Virus record (IMG/VR): IMGVR_UViG_3300011989_000011
Location: 12,252 to 76,251 of that record
Direction: 5' to 3' (one strand)
Source of the DNA: a virus
Lineage: Duplodnaviria > Caudoviricetes
Length of the DNA stretch: 64,000 nucleotides
The notes beneath the pieces were generated by a model. It was not told where the DNA came from. It was given only the letters and a program-made list of their open reading frames with translations, and did not search any database. Below are positions 46,401 through 56,500 of this stretch, piece after piece; within the stretch, counting starts at the first letter, position 1, and every line of letters starts with the position of its first letter. A program made the translations under genes and the position numbers.

Positions 46401-49212
46401 CCTTTACTATGACACCGACATCGCCCCTGCCTCGGATGGCGGCCGTGCGTGGCGTTGGGTCAGCGAGAGCACCACGGGGACGGACGGTTCCACTACCAAG
46501 ACTTATTACTGGGAGATGGTGACAGACCAAGACACCATATCAGCCTTGGAGAAGGCAAGAGACTTGCAGAACCAAGTGGACGACATCGTGAGCGACGGAG
46601 TCATCAGCAAGGGGAGCGAGAAGAGCGACTTACTGATAGAGTGGCACAAGGCGGCATCCAACTACGAGAAATATAGGGAGCAGGCAGACGACTACTCGCT
46701 GCTTAATGACGACGTATGGAAGAAATACCACGACGCGTTCTTTACCGTTGCGACGATGCTCAATAACGGCACGACTTACATAGAGAAGAACCGCACGGAC
46801 GGTGTCACTCCTGCCTGGCTCGACGTGACCGTTGACACCGTGCTGGCAGACACGCCAACGAAAAACGCTGCCACCTACAGGGATACGTGGAACGACTACT
46901 ATACGACCTTCGCCGCAGTGCTGAAGCTCATATCGGGCAAGGCCAAGGAACTTGCTGACAACGCACAGAAGAGCGCGGACGAGGCGAACGGAGCCATAGA
47001 CGACATTGTGTCTGACGGAAGGCTGGACCCGAGCGAGAAGATAACCATCAAGCGTGACTTCCTTGCCTTCTACCATGAACTGACGGACGACAATGGCCTT
47101 AAGGATAAGGGGCAGGACGAGAACGACAAGTTCTACACCGACGGCATAGAGACGGCCTATGACAAGGTCATTGGTTGCTTCAATGAGGTAGGCACCCTGC
47201 TCAACGGCTCCGTCTCATGGGCATTGGGAGCTGTCTTGGACGAGGACACCCTGCCCGTGTGGTTGCGGAACCCACCCACCGTTTTGACCTCTACGGACAA
47301 AAACGAGTACATCACCGTGACGAGCACCATCAACGCAGACGACTTCCGCAGCAAGTGGTCAGCGATGTATGCGGCAAAGTCGGCCTACATCGCCCTGCTG
47401 TCGGAATACGCCAAGGGCCTTGCTGACAACGCACAGAAGAGCGCGGACGAGAAGGTGCAGACGTTTGTCACGGAGAAGGTGCCGGACCCACCGTATAAGA
47501 CGGGCGATTTTTGGATTCAGACGGGAAACGGAAACAATATGATGATATGCACCACCGGCAGGGAGAGCGGGAATGGTGAACTTTCAGACTGGACCGACCT
47601 TGCCGATCTCGCCAATAAGAACAATGCGCGCATCCAGCTGGCCATGCTCGGTGACAAGATATACGAACTGTCGGGAGGGTACATCCGGAATAATGGCAAA
47701 ATATCCATCGTGTTCTCAGCCAACCAGCCTGCGTCGGCCACGGACGGAGACCTGTGGTTTGATGGTGAGAAGCTGAAAAGATATGTGTCCTCATGGGAAG
47801 AGATCAAGACGGACAGCTATGTGAGGGCGTTCAAGACGGTGTTTGACATCGTTGGCCAACGGACGCTTACCTGCTATAATGCCGTTCAGACACAGAACAT
47901 GAAGCTCTACGACCTTGTGCTGCGGAATACCGAGTGGCACGACCCGTTCAAGGATGAGACTGTGTACGGAAACGTAGAGGTGCTGATGTACAACGGCAAG
48001 AGTTGGGAGACGCTGAAAGAATGCACGCGAGCCATCATCGACAACCTCGGTGATGAGCTGAGGCTTGTAGTATTCGGCTCTGACGGCACTGGCGCGCAGG
48101 ACTCCTCCGGCCTTATCACGACGAAGATGTTTAATAAGCTGTTCACGGAGCATGTGTCGGATGATGGTTTGGTTACCAGGGCTTCAGTAGAGACCGTGAT
48201 AGAGTTTGATGACGATGGGAATGCGACCGGCATTGTGAGCATTGATGCTGATAAAATCAACTTCATCGGTAAGACTATTATCAATGGTAACTTTGTTGTT
48301 GACACAGATGGTAATCTCACGCTGAATCATCTTACGGCAGATAATGCGGATATAACTGGCAAGGTAACAGCTAACACTGGTACTATTGGAGGTTTCACTA
48401 TCGGATATGATGGCTTGTATTCAGGTTCATGGGACACCTCCAAAGCAACGACCATTTCTGACGCGTGGTTTGATACGGATAACAAGGAGAGTATCTGTTA
48501 CCTCAGTCCATCAGCGTTGTGGTTGGAGCAGCAAGTTGGATATTTCAAAGATGGAGACGTAGCTTATTTGCAAGTGGGTTTAGGGCGTGGTTCTGACCCT
48601 ACATCGAAAGGCAGCGAGGCTGGGTATTGTGCGTCTGCTATGTATATCAAGAGGCAGATGAACTCCAACCCAACTGAGGCAAGTTATTACTATCCTGCGG
48701 CTCAGATTATCTCCGACAACGTGATCAACCGCAACGTTGCCCTAAGGCTCGTCGGCGGCTTGCAGGTGCATGGCGGAATCATGGAGAAGGGCTATTCGCT
48801 CAGCTATACCAAATCCGACGACACAAATATTCTTGACCTGTCGTTTGGAACAACTTTCTTGCTTCATACCTCGGTGGCTCCAAAAAAATCGGGTAATACA
48901 GAAATTTATGCATCTTTCTACTTCCCGACGTTGACAGCATTAAGAAATCAACTGGGTATAACAAGTACGAGTGAGTCTTTCGCTGTCAGGGTTATCATTA
49001 TATCTCGAAAAGACACCGAAGTTTATATGATATGTACGCAGAAAAACAACAGCAGCGTGTCTGCATCAGAGGCTGGCACCTTGGTAGATAACAATGGTAA
49101 TGAATGGAATGAATCTCATACCATCATGAGAGCTGGCGACTGTTCTATTTACTGCTTGTGCTATACGCCAACTACAGGGTATTATGCACAAAAGGTTACT
49201 GACTTTTACTAA
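43420..49212 (+). CDS. Tail hub/spike (Tal-like) protein with fibre extension
   Basis: 1930 aa; FGSTRNIP..QKRLMLP, LDDIYPR; SRVVGYEYKLDIPY; internal duplicated domain. Confidence 0.75.
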   Translation: MATTANIISINGGSHTVVLESSSVRHLELMSKDYVRLVFSTDKKININVGDSVGLDEYGTFYITEPQKGTYNKNTGGYDYDLQFNASYFLWKNKIYKFDPGKEGKNETTWSLTGTLEEHMAVFLENLKEYGYNCEVEDSIYKDESSHRVVYIQFDKTNLFDALTQIAEKFSYEWAVDGGLIYFGNIIEDDLTPAVSLTMGDNVEDMSAQDSNNDAINRYYVFGSTRNIPQGYRQKDTGIVMNGVVQKRLMLPKGVPYIDTRIGMKPNEVVEGVLVLDDIYPRTKSKVATVTAVEKNMETTEAAAQQASDAAAQQQPTEPSGTSTTTGSTDTNAAVNGSAQNGSAHNGTGAATGTTETTSGTTTDGKKTEKVNVYRFTTKDFTFSKDYILSGQTLQVQFQSGKLNGMTFDVAFNPEGESEQVAKKDENGKEVAGETEANPAAQVFELVRNDTYGIMLPNDTIHPEVDDTFVLLGWDANKMSTWKELITKAEKELEDRARTYLSSKEEDPLTYTCTMMSDWMYGLNGEGKQDASFTKVGTFYLGLRVNLSNEAFFGSGGRQSRVVGYEYKLDIPYDGAKIYCGESAFYSKNKATQSAINEVKESVLNHQGGGENGGGNGGGNIRLIRSSDRVTPASDTTAYSSLRSDMDFAHKRKDDNISALWTFENGYGARRGLQTYEYRNKANEDNLFGSGFELTERTTSNGGKRSRLEVDELLVRVKAFFAELEIRKISYVGGNYLFSAAGSKIYYVEWLDAKGAVLDKSSHQASEAYTFRCYLYSDNGTTATMNYFAADDQVICKTFNIDEGVHKNVSNKYWWRRATGTGKGSIAALSDKTEYQYVDISMNDCDEKSDYPEENDTIVQLGNWSNSARQGAIYLMVEGESAPAIMEYSDLGANGKHFMLTKPTLQLSPKGNIIYGEFHSVNDTTTNPDGKSIDEMIEALMKQIAEIQAQADKKFDIYFEGSAPHPLKGEDFSTANYPAKEWTTDALKELHVQDLYYDTDIAPASDGGRAWRWVSESTTGTDGSTTKTYYWEMVTDQDTISALEKARDLQNQVDDIVSDGVISKGSEKSDLLIEWHKAASNYEKYREQADDYSLLNDDVWKKYHDAFFTVATMLNNGTTYIEKNRTDGVTPAWLDVTVDTVLADTPTKNAATYRDTWNDYYTTFAAVLKLISGKAKELADNAQKSADEANGAIDDIVSDGRLDPSEKITIKRDFLAFYHELTDDNGLKDKGQDENDKFYTDGIETAYDKVIGCFNEVGTLLNGSVSWALGAVLDEDTLPVWLRNPPTVLTSTDKNEYITVTSTINADDFRSKWSAMYAAKSAYIALLSEYAKGLADNAQKSADEKVQTFVTEKVPDPPYKTGDFWIQTGNGNNMMICTTGRESGNGELSDWTDLADLANKNNARIQLAMLGDKIYELSGGYIRNNGKISIVFSANQPASATDGDLWFDGEKLKRYVSSWEEIKTDSYVRAFKTVFDIVGQRTLTCYNAVQTQNMKLYDLVLRNTEWHDPFKDETVYGNVEVLMYNGKSWETLKECTRAIIDNLGDELRLVVFGSDGTGAQDSSGLITTKMFNKLFTEHVSDDGLVTRASVETVIEFDDDGNATGIVSIDADKINFIGKTIINGNFVVDTDGNLTLNHLTADNADITGKVTANTGTIGGFTIGYDGLYSGSWDTSKATTISDAWFDTDNKESICYLSPSALWLEQQVGYFKDGDVAYLQVGLGRGSDPTSKGSEAGYCASAMYIKRQMNSNPTEASYYYPAAQIISDNVINRNVALRLVGGLQVHGGIMEKGYSLSYTKSDDTNILDLSFGTTFLLHTSVAPKKSGNTEIYASFYFPTLTALRNQLGITSTSESFAVRVIIISRKDTEVYMICTQKNNSSVSASEAGTLVDNNGNEWNESHTIMRAGDCSIYCLCYTPTTGYYAQKVTDFY

Positions 49213-49223
49213 TTCGTACAACC

Positions 49224-49553
49224 ATGAAGATTATAGAGAACAACATTCTGCCCCCTCGTGGCTACAAGGCTATAACCATCCTCAACATGATATTCGTGAG
49301 GCATGGCGTGAAGCTGTCTGATACAGACATCCGGCATGAGAGCATCCACTTCGAGCAGGAGAAGGAGCTGGCCTTTGTCGGCTTCTATCTGCTGTACGCT
49401 TTGGAGTTCCTAATCCGGCTTCTCATTATACGCAACTGGCATAAGGCATACCGCTCCATCTCCTTTGAGCGTGAGGCCTACGCCAATCAGGGCGCATGGT
49501 TCTATCTCGATGTGCGGAAGCATTACTCATGGGTTCACTTCTTAAAATTCTAA
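49224..49553 (+). CDS. Conserved hypothetical protein
   Basis: RHESIH..YRSISFEREAY. Confidence 0.6.
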   Translation: MKIIENNILPPRGYKAITILNMIFVRHGVKLSDTDIRHESIHFEQEKELAFVGFYLLYALEFLIRLLIIRNWHKAYRSISFEREAYANQGAWFYLDVRKHYSWVHFLKF

Positions 49554-49556
49554 GAT

Positions 49557-49841
49557 ATGGCTAAGATTAATTTTTCAAAGTTCAAGGTTCCGGTTTCGTT
49601 TAACGGAAGCGAGAAGGTATTCAGCATTGGTAAGGTGCTGGGCAACGCAATGAAGTACACCGGACCAATAGTTGGCGACATCGGTTTTGACAAGCTGGCC
49701 GAGACCATCTATTTTTCAGACGGTCCGGTGGAGATCCCTGCCGAGTACATCCGCCCGATGATGCAGGTAATCAACGACGGTCCTTTCATGGCCACAATCA
49801 AGAGGGAGCTGATAAAGCAGCTCGATGGCAATGGCGAGTAA
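49557..49841 (+). CDS. Hypothetical tail-region protein
   Basis: 94-aa ORF. Confidence 0.6.
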   Translation: MAKINFSKFKVPVSFNGSEKVFSIGKVLGNAMKYTGPIVGDIGFDKLAETIYFSDGPVEIPAEYIRPMMQVINDGPFMATIKRELIKQLDGNGE

Positions 49842-50109
49842 GGAGAAGATAGGGTTCATCGTAGACCGCAAGGATGTGACTGACGGGCACGTTCGTCTCA
49901 CCATAAGGATGCTCAACAGCAGCAAAGCAATGGTGAAGACGAACGAGATGCCTATCATCCTCAACTCCATCAAGGCAAGCGGCATGATAGACCCAAAGAT
50001 ACAACGAGGTTTCACTTATGCGTTCCCGTTCGAGCTGTCGCAGGGTCACGGATTCCCGTACATGCTTGACATGAACCTCGAAGACCACGGGATGCTAAAA
50101 CTGGTATGA
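49825..50109 (+). CDS. Hypothetical tail-region protein
   Basis: 94 aa ending FTYAFPFELS. Confidence 0.5.
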   Translation: MAMASKEKIGFIVDRKDVTDGHVRLTIRMLNSSKAMVKTNEMPIILNSIKASGMIDPKIQRGFTYAFPFELSQGHGFPYMLDMNLEDHGMLKLV

Positions 50110-50110
50110 C

Positions 50111-50410
50111 ATGGCACTGGATATAGTAACGAAGAGGGATGGCGACCTGCTTACGGCCACGGAGTTCAACGCTGTGGTGCAGGCCATCAAGGACAACGAG
50201 AGGTCGGTAGACACGCTCGGCACGAACTACACCAACATGGGTAAGACCGTGGAGGGTGTGCAGAAGGCGCAGAACCTGCAAGGGCAGGACATCAAGACGC
50301 TCAATGCCAACATGGTGAAGATGGTCTCGCTGACACAAGAGGCCTACGACGCGCTTGTAGCAGCAGGGACGGTGGACGCGGATACTTACTATAACATACT
50401 CGAAGAATGA
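50111..50410 (+). CDS. Small tail-fibre-associated coiled-coil protein
   Basis: KRDGDLLTATEFN..LTQEAYDALVAAGTVDADTYYNI. Confidence 0.6.
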   Translation: MALDIVTKRDGDLLTATEFNAVVQAIKDNERSVDTLGTNYTNMGKTVEGVQKAQNLQGQDIKTLNANMVKMVSLTQEAYDALVAAGTVDADTYYNILEE

Positions 50411-50577
50411 TTATCAAAAACTCCATAACCATGCAGGCCCGGTATTACGGGACGAAGACCATATCAGCAGTCTATTATGGTGCAAAGCTGGTATGGGAGG
50501 CTATCACGAGCTGCTTTGGAAGTGGTATGTGGCTGAACTTGCGTGCGTGGAAGAATACTGACGGTTGGAAAAATTAA
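50407..50577 (+). CDS. 56-aa protein upstream of the DGR target
   Basis: ISAVYYGAKLVWEAITSCFGSGMWLN..WKN. Confidence 0.6.
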   Translation: MIIKNSITMQARYYGTKTISAVYYGAKLVWEAITSCFGSGMWLNLRAWKNTDGWKN

Positions 50578-50589
50578 AACGACAATACT

Positions 50590-53500
50590 ATGGCTAAGAA
50601 AATAAGTGAGAACGCGATCCCAGACATCAACGCGGACTGGGGCAAGGATGCAAGCAACGGACTGCCTTATTCGGGACAGGCGGTACAGACGTTCATCAAG
50701 GACACGATGAAGTCTCTTGACAGTAGCATCAAGAAGAAAGTCGGTTGGTGGTGCTGGTCAACGAACATCGACGCAAGCAATTTTTATCATCTCTGGGGCT
50801 TCGCGTCCGAGGACGACTGTACGAAATACAAGTCAGACCCGGAGGCCAACGCGTCGTTGTTGTTGGTCAACGAGGCACTGCCTATCTCCACCGTACAGGG
50901 CGACAGCTATTCTGCCTTTCTGTTCGCCGACGTGAGCAAGACGGCGGACTTGGTGGTAAGCGGGAATGAGCTGACTGCAAAGGTGAGATTTTGTGCTGTC
51001 AAGAATAGCAATGGCGAGCGGTTGAATGATGGTTCGATGGGCACGCTTATCATCGAGCGCAGCGTTGACGGATCAACGTGGAATGCTGTAGAGACACGAA
51101 AGGGAGTCTTGGTTAGCGACGATTATTCTGGAAGTTCGTTTCAAATATTCAACATTGCTTCGGCCCTGTCTTCCGGCAAGCAACATATCCGCTTACGTGC
51201 GTCTTTCCCTTATGACGACGGCAGCGGTAAGATGATGACCGCATACTCAAGCTATGTGCAGGTTGGCGCAAGTATAAACTTCACGGCAATCGGCATTGCG
51301 CTTGGTGAGCTGCATCCTTATACGCCTATACGTGTAGACAGCCTTGGGGCAGAAGGGGCACGCAAATTTCCCTTGTCTTATATCTGCACCGGCAGCGTGC
51401 CAAAGACGCTCCATTATGTTATCTACGATGAAGATGGCACGCAGATTTTCCCCACGACAGGCTTTGGTGAGATTGCCGGTATAAACGCGAATGGTACCGT
51501 CGTGAATCAGTCTGTGGGTAACGAGTCGGACGCTCCGTCGCTGTTCACGCACGGCGTAAAGACAGTCGTGGCATGGCTGACCGTTGACGATGGTGCTGGC
51601 GGAACAATATACAGCAACTGTCTTGTCAACAGGTTCATGGTTATTAACGAATCTGATGCTATCAAGAAGGGAACGGACACAAAGTCTTATTTCCTGCTGC
51701 AACAAGAGGTGCCTGCGGAAAAGATGGCAACGCTCGACATGGATGCCCGTATGATTTATTTTGGCACTGTTACGAACTATACGCAGAGTCAAATATTCAG
51801 CTATGCTCTGTTTGTTCCGACTAAAAACAGCGACGGCAATATTGTCCTTGATACCGAGAACCCAATAGACGTTACGTTCTATTTGTCGAACTATCTCAAA
51901 GGGACTTGGACCCCACAGGCAGACGGTGTTACTTTATACCTCGAAGATGAAGAAAGAATCGTTGCGTCATCGTCTGAGCTTTACCAGTTTACTCCATCCG
52001 TCGAGATAGACAGCACACAGAAGTCGCTCTATGCCTATCTGCATATTTGGATTAACGAGAATGGTACCAAAGCCGACTTGCTCGGTCGTTCGTCCGGTAC
52101 GTCATCGTACGCAATCAGCGTGGACAATAGCGAGAGCTATGCTCCTATATCAGGCACAACATTCCTGCTTAATCCAAAGACCCGAAACAACGGAGAGAGC
52201 AATCCAATGCGCATCCTTAACGCGGCAAAGAACAACGTAGAAGTAGAGTCAGAGTTTAGCGGGTTTGACTTTCAGACAGATGGGTGGATTGCAGACGGGA
52301 ACCAGCGTCTCCTGCGCATACCGTCGGGCAGGAAGTTGAACATCAAGCTCAACCCGCTGGCTCAGTTGCGTACAGATCCGACTTCTTCTTTGGTTGTCGA
52401 ACTTGATTACAAGGTGAGCAACGTCACCAATGAGGATGACGCTATTTTCCAAATAGGCGAGACGGTAGGAAGTTTCTTCCGTGGCATAAGGATGTATCCT
52501 CTTTACGGAGAGGTAATGCCTGCAAGCTACGAGACGCATGCCGAAAGCGGCCACGTTGATGACATCGACTTTGGCTGGCTCGAAAACAAGAAGGTGCATA
52601 TCACTTTCGTATTCAACGGGCAGGTGAATCCGGTAAAGCACGGCATGAAGTATGGCACCCCTGACGTGCATATACCAAGCGTATCGTCTACCGATTACTA
52701 CAAAGACCCTCAAACGACAACCATTGCTATAGCAAAAGTGTTTGTTGACGGTAACAAATACCGGGAGATCCATTACAGTACCGCCAATGCTGATGAGTTC
52801 TGTACGGGAGCGATGAGTAATGGCGGAATCAATATTGGCGTTAACGGGGCGGATATAGATGTTTACTCTTTGCGTGTCTACGCTTACAAGCAGTTCTCTG
52901 ACGACGATGCGCTGTCAAACTATGTTGCTTCACTGTCTACTACAGAGGAGAAACAAAAAGTGGCATCCGATAATGATATTCTCGACACCGGTGCCACGGG
53001 AGAACGTGTGATCAGTATTGACAAAGTACACGAAAAGGGAAAGAACACGCTTCTTTGGCACGGGCAAGAGACATGGTTCTTGAATCAGTCGAGTGCTCTT
53101 AACGGATGGTATGAGATAAAGAAGTACGATATTAACGGCAACTACCTTCCGAAGCACTCCGGATCGCTCTGCCGAAAGACTGGTATTGAGGTCCTTTCCG
53201 GTAATATTTCTGACTGGAATAAGAAAATAAAAACAAATAATTTCCCATTCGTGAAGGGGCAGGGATCTTCGGCAAAGACATATTGGGACTGGAATCAGCA
53301 GTTTGATATGTCGAAGTTTAAGAGCGTGATACGTATCCCCCGCTCCGCTTTTGACAGCAGTATCGTTATAAGCGATGTTATCACTAAAGACGACGGTTCG
53401 ACGGTTGTCAACATCTACGGAGGATGCCTCGGAGCGGACTTCCCATTGGGTAACACGCCGAAAGAATATCCTATTGATACAACAACGGGGCTTATCCAAG

Positions 53501-56500
53501 TTCCGGACGGATGGATTGACGGCAATGGTATTCTCATCGGTGAGACTGGTACTGTATGGCATTCAAATGGAGATGAAGAGACCGTAGAGGGAGATGGGTA
53601 TTACCGTGGTCCTTGCTATCAGGTCGCTGACGGAACACCTCTCGCTCAGAAGCTCGTTCCTAAAATCAACTATGCTTCATGCGAGCAGACACATCTTATG
53701 GGTGTGAACAATCTTTACAACGACCTGCATACTGCAATCGTTGGAGAGAACGACTTGCAGAAAGCTGCCACCGCCAATGGCCAGCATTGCCGCGTTTCTA
53801 AATATACCGAGCCGTTCTTCTACTTTATCAAGAATGACGATAGCTCGGATATTACCTTCCGTGGCGGCTGTTCGTTCGGTGCCGGCAAGATGGATAAATC
53901 GACTTGGGGATATGCAAAGAAGTTCAAGGGTCTGTCAGACATCAAGAAATTCGCTATGTTTGAGGGCTCTAACAACTCGCTCACCGGTACCGACTTCCGT
54001 GTCCCATTTATATGGCGGCCAAATGGCGAATGTCCTGACGAAATGACGTATAGTGTAGACGGAGAAGGATTTGGAGTTACGGAGGGAACCGGGACAAACA
54101 GAGTGTTTCAGCAATGCTGGGACTTCGACGGCGGTGCTACATACAGCGCGGAGGACGAAGTGGCCGATCCTACGCATAAGGCCGACTATCCAAAAGAAGA
54201 GGTTATTAAACCCTTTGTGGACTTTGCCAATTTCGTCTATCTTCACTCGGTTAATATCAAACCTTACACCGGTGGGGATGGAACGTTTGACAGCTTCAAA
54301 ACTTCTGCCGAATCCAAGGATTACTACACGAAATATTGGATGACGCAGGGTGATGACAAGTACCGATTAGTCCGTTACTCCTTCGGTGCAGGCGAGTGGG
54401 TTGACGCAGGTTTGTGGGTACAGCTTAGTGATGGAACGTATGGCTGGAATCCTGTTTATGTCAACTCTTCCGAGCCGTATGCCTATACTGCAAAACGCTT
54501 TGCTGCAAAATACTCAGGCGACTATGACAAATACAACGAGGAGCTAATCAAGGGCGTAGCGGCTGACTTTAAGGCTCGTCTCCCCTTGTATGCGGACCCA
54601 AAGTCAATACAGCTCAACTATTGTTACAACATCGCTTTCTTCTGTGGTACGGATAACTGCGGAAAGAATATCTATTTCGTGTTGAGTCAGTACAATAGGG
54701 ACGTTACGATTACTTTACCCGACGGGACTACTGAGACACATACGGGAGTATGCAGATACGAGATGCACACTGATGATGTCGATACGACAGTGAAGAAGGA
54801 TAACAACGGCCGGCTTCGGCATAAGTATGACGCAGACCGTATGCACCCTTACCCGAACGATGATAAGACGCAGGAGCCGCAGTATTCGGGTATGAACAAC
54901 TGCCTCTTCAACCTCGTGGAGGCAGCGTGGGAATCAGACACTGACAACACATTGCAAACCATGACAGCGACGATGTTCAGTGTGATGACCACACTTGCAA
55001 CATCACGTGACAACATCCTTGGCTTCCCTTACGACAAGACGCAGCAGTCTACCGTTCTCGGTTGTCTGTGGAAGTATCTCTTCTTCGCTACGTTCTATTT
55101 TCCTGCACGAGCCTATAACGAGCAGGGCCGTATCCGTTATGAATACCCGGAGACGCTTGGCTTCGTTACCGCCCGACAGGTAAAACCAATTTGGCAGAGC
55201 CAGGGCAGCAGTTACCAAGACGAGCTTGAATTTATGATCCGACGCATCGTTTACTTCGTATCGTATGCCGCATGGGGGCCGGCTGGAGGCGGGTCCGGCA
55301 CTGGTATTCCCGATGCCGACGCAGGTGGTTTCCAGATGCAGGGTACGCGTAATCCGGATAACACCTCACGCGTCAGCATATCCATTACCGTCACGGCTCA
55401 TCAGACGATTTGGCCTACCGGCAACGTAGGTGGTGCTGCCAACGGAACACAGGACCCTCATGTGCGTCTGCGTCCGGGTCAACGTTATACCATCTCTCTC
55501 GGAGACAACACATTCGAGAACGATACATACTTTTATGTGTATCTAAGAAACTATTACCGCAGTTTCGGAAACCTTGCTACGCTCCCGGTAAAAACGCAGG
55601 TTACGGTGAGTGGCGTGCGTTTGGAAGAGTTTGTCCTTGATCCAGATAGCGTTGACACAGTTGATGCTAATGGCAATGTTGTCAAATCCGATGTAGGAAA
55701 ATTCACGGACGCTTCTTCCGGAAAGAGCGTCCCCGCTTTCCGTCCTTCGGGTATCGTCATAGGCTCTGCCACAAATATACGGAAAATAGACGTACACGGT
55801 TTCAGTAGTATAAGTGGTGCGCTCGACGTGCGCAACCTTCCACGATTGGAGAGCGTTGATGCCCGTCAGACGTCCATTACGACATGTCCGCTTCCTGCAA
55901 CTCATTCTCTTACTTCCGTACAACTGCCTGCATCCGTACTTGAAATGGAAGTTAAGAATCAACCCATGTTGAAAGAACTGTCGTTAGAAGGCTACTCCAA
56001 TTTGCAGAAGTTTATCCTTCGGGATAACAATCTCCTGGACAGCTACACCTATGCTGTTGGAATCTACGCCGCCAAGCCGTCGGGATTGAAGTCTGTGGAG
56101 TTTGATCATGTGCAGTGGGACACAGACTCGAAGCGATGCAGCATGGATATGCTGATGTATTTTGCCGACATCAAAGCCGCGTTGATAGGTGTCATCTACA
56201 TGATGGCGGCATCCTCTGACCGCGCTCTTACACTTACAGATAAATTGAGACTGTGCAGTCTATACGAGAATATAGACGACAAGAGCAACTCGCTGTATAT
56301 TCAGTATGAGATAAAGGCCATAACAAAACTCTCTATCACGGGTCAGTCTTATCTGAGCGAGGTGGGCAAGGACTATGCCTACAGCATCGCCACCCGTCCA
56401 TCCACGGGAAATAACATTGCCGTGAAGGACGGGAAGTTGCAGCTGAAATGGGCGTTGGCTGCTTCGGCAAGTCAGTATGCAACACTGAAAGACGACAAGA

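Noticed and set aside
44089-47076. Long antisense ORFs (382, 257, 148 aa) opposite the tail hub gene
   Set aside because: Shadow ORFs expected in GC-rich coding DNA; no motifs or expression signals
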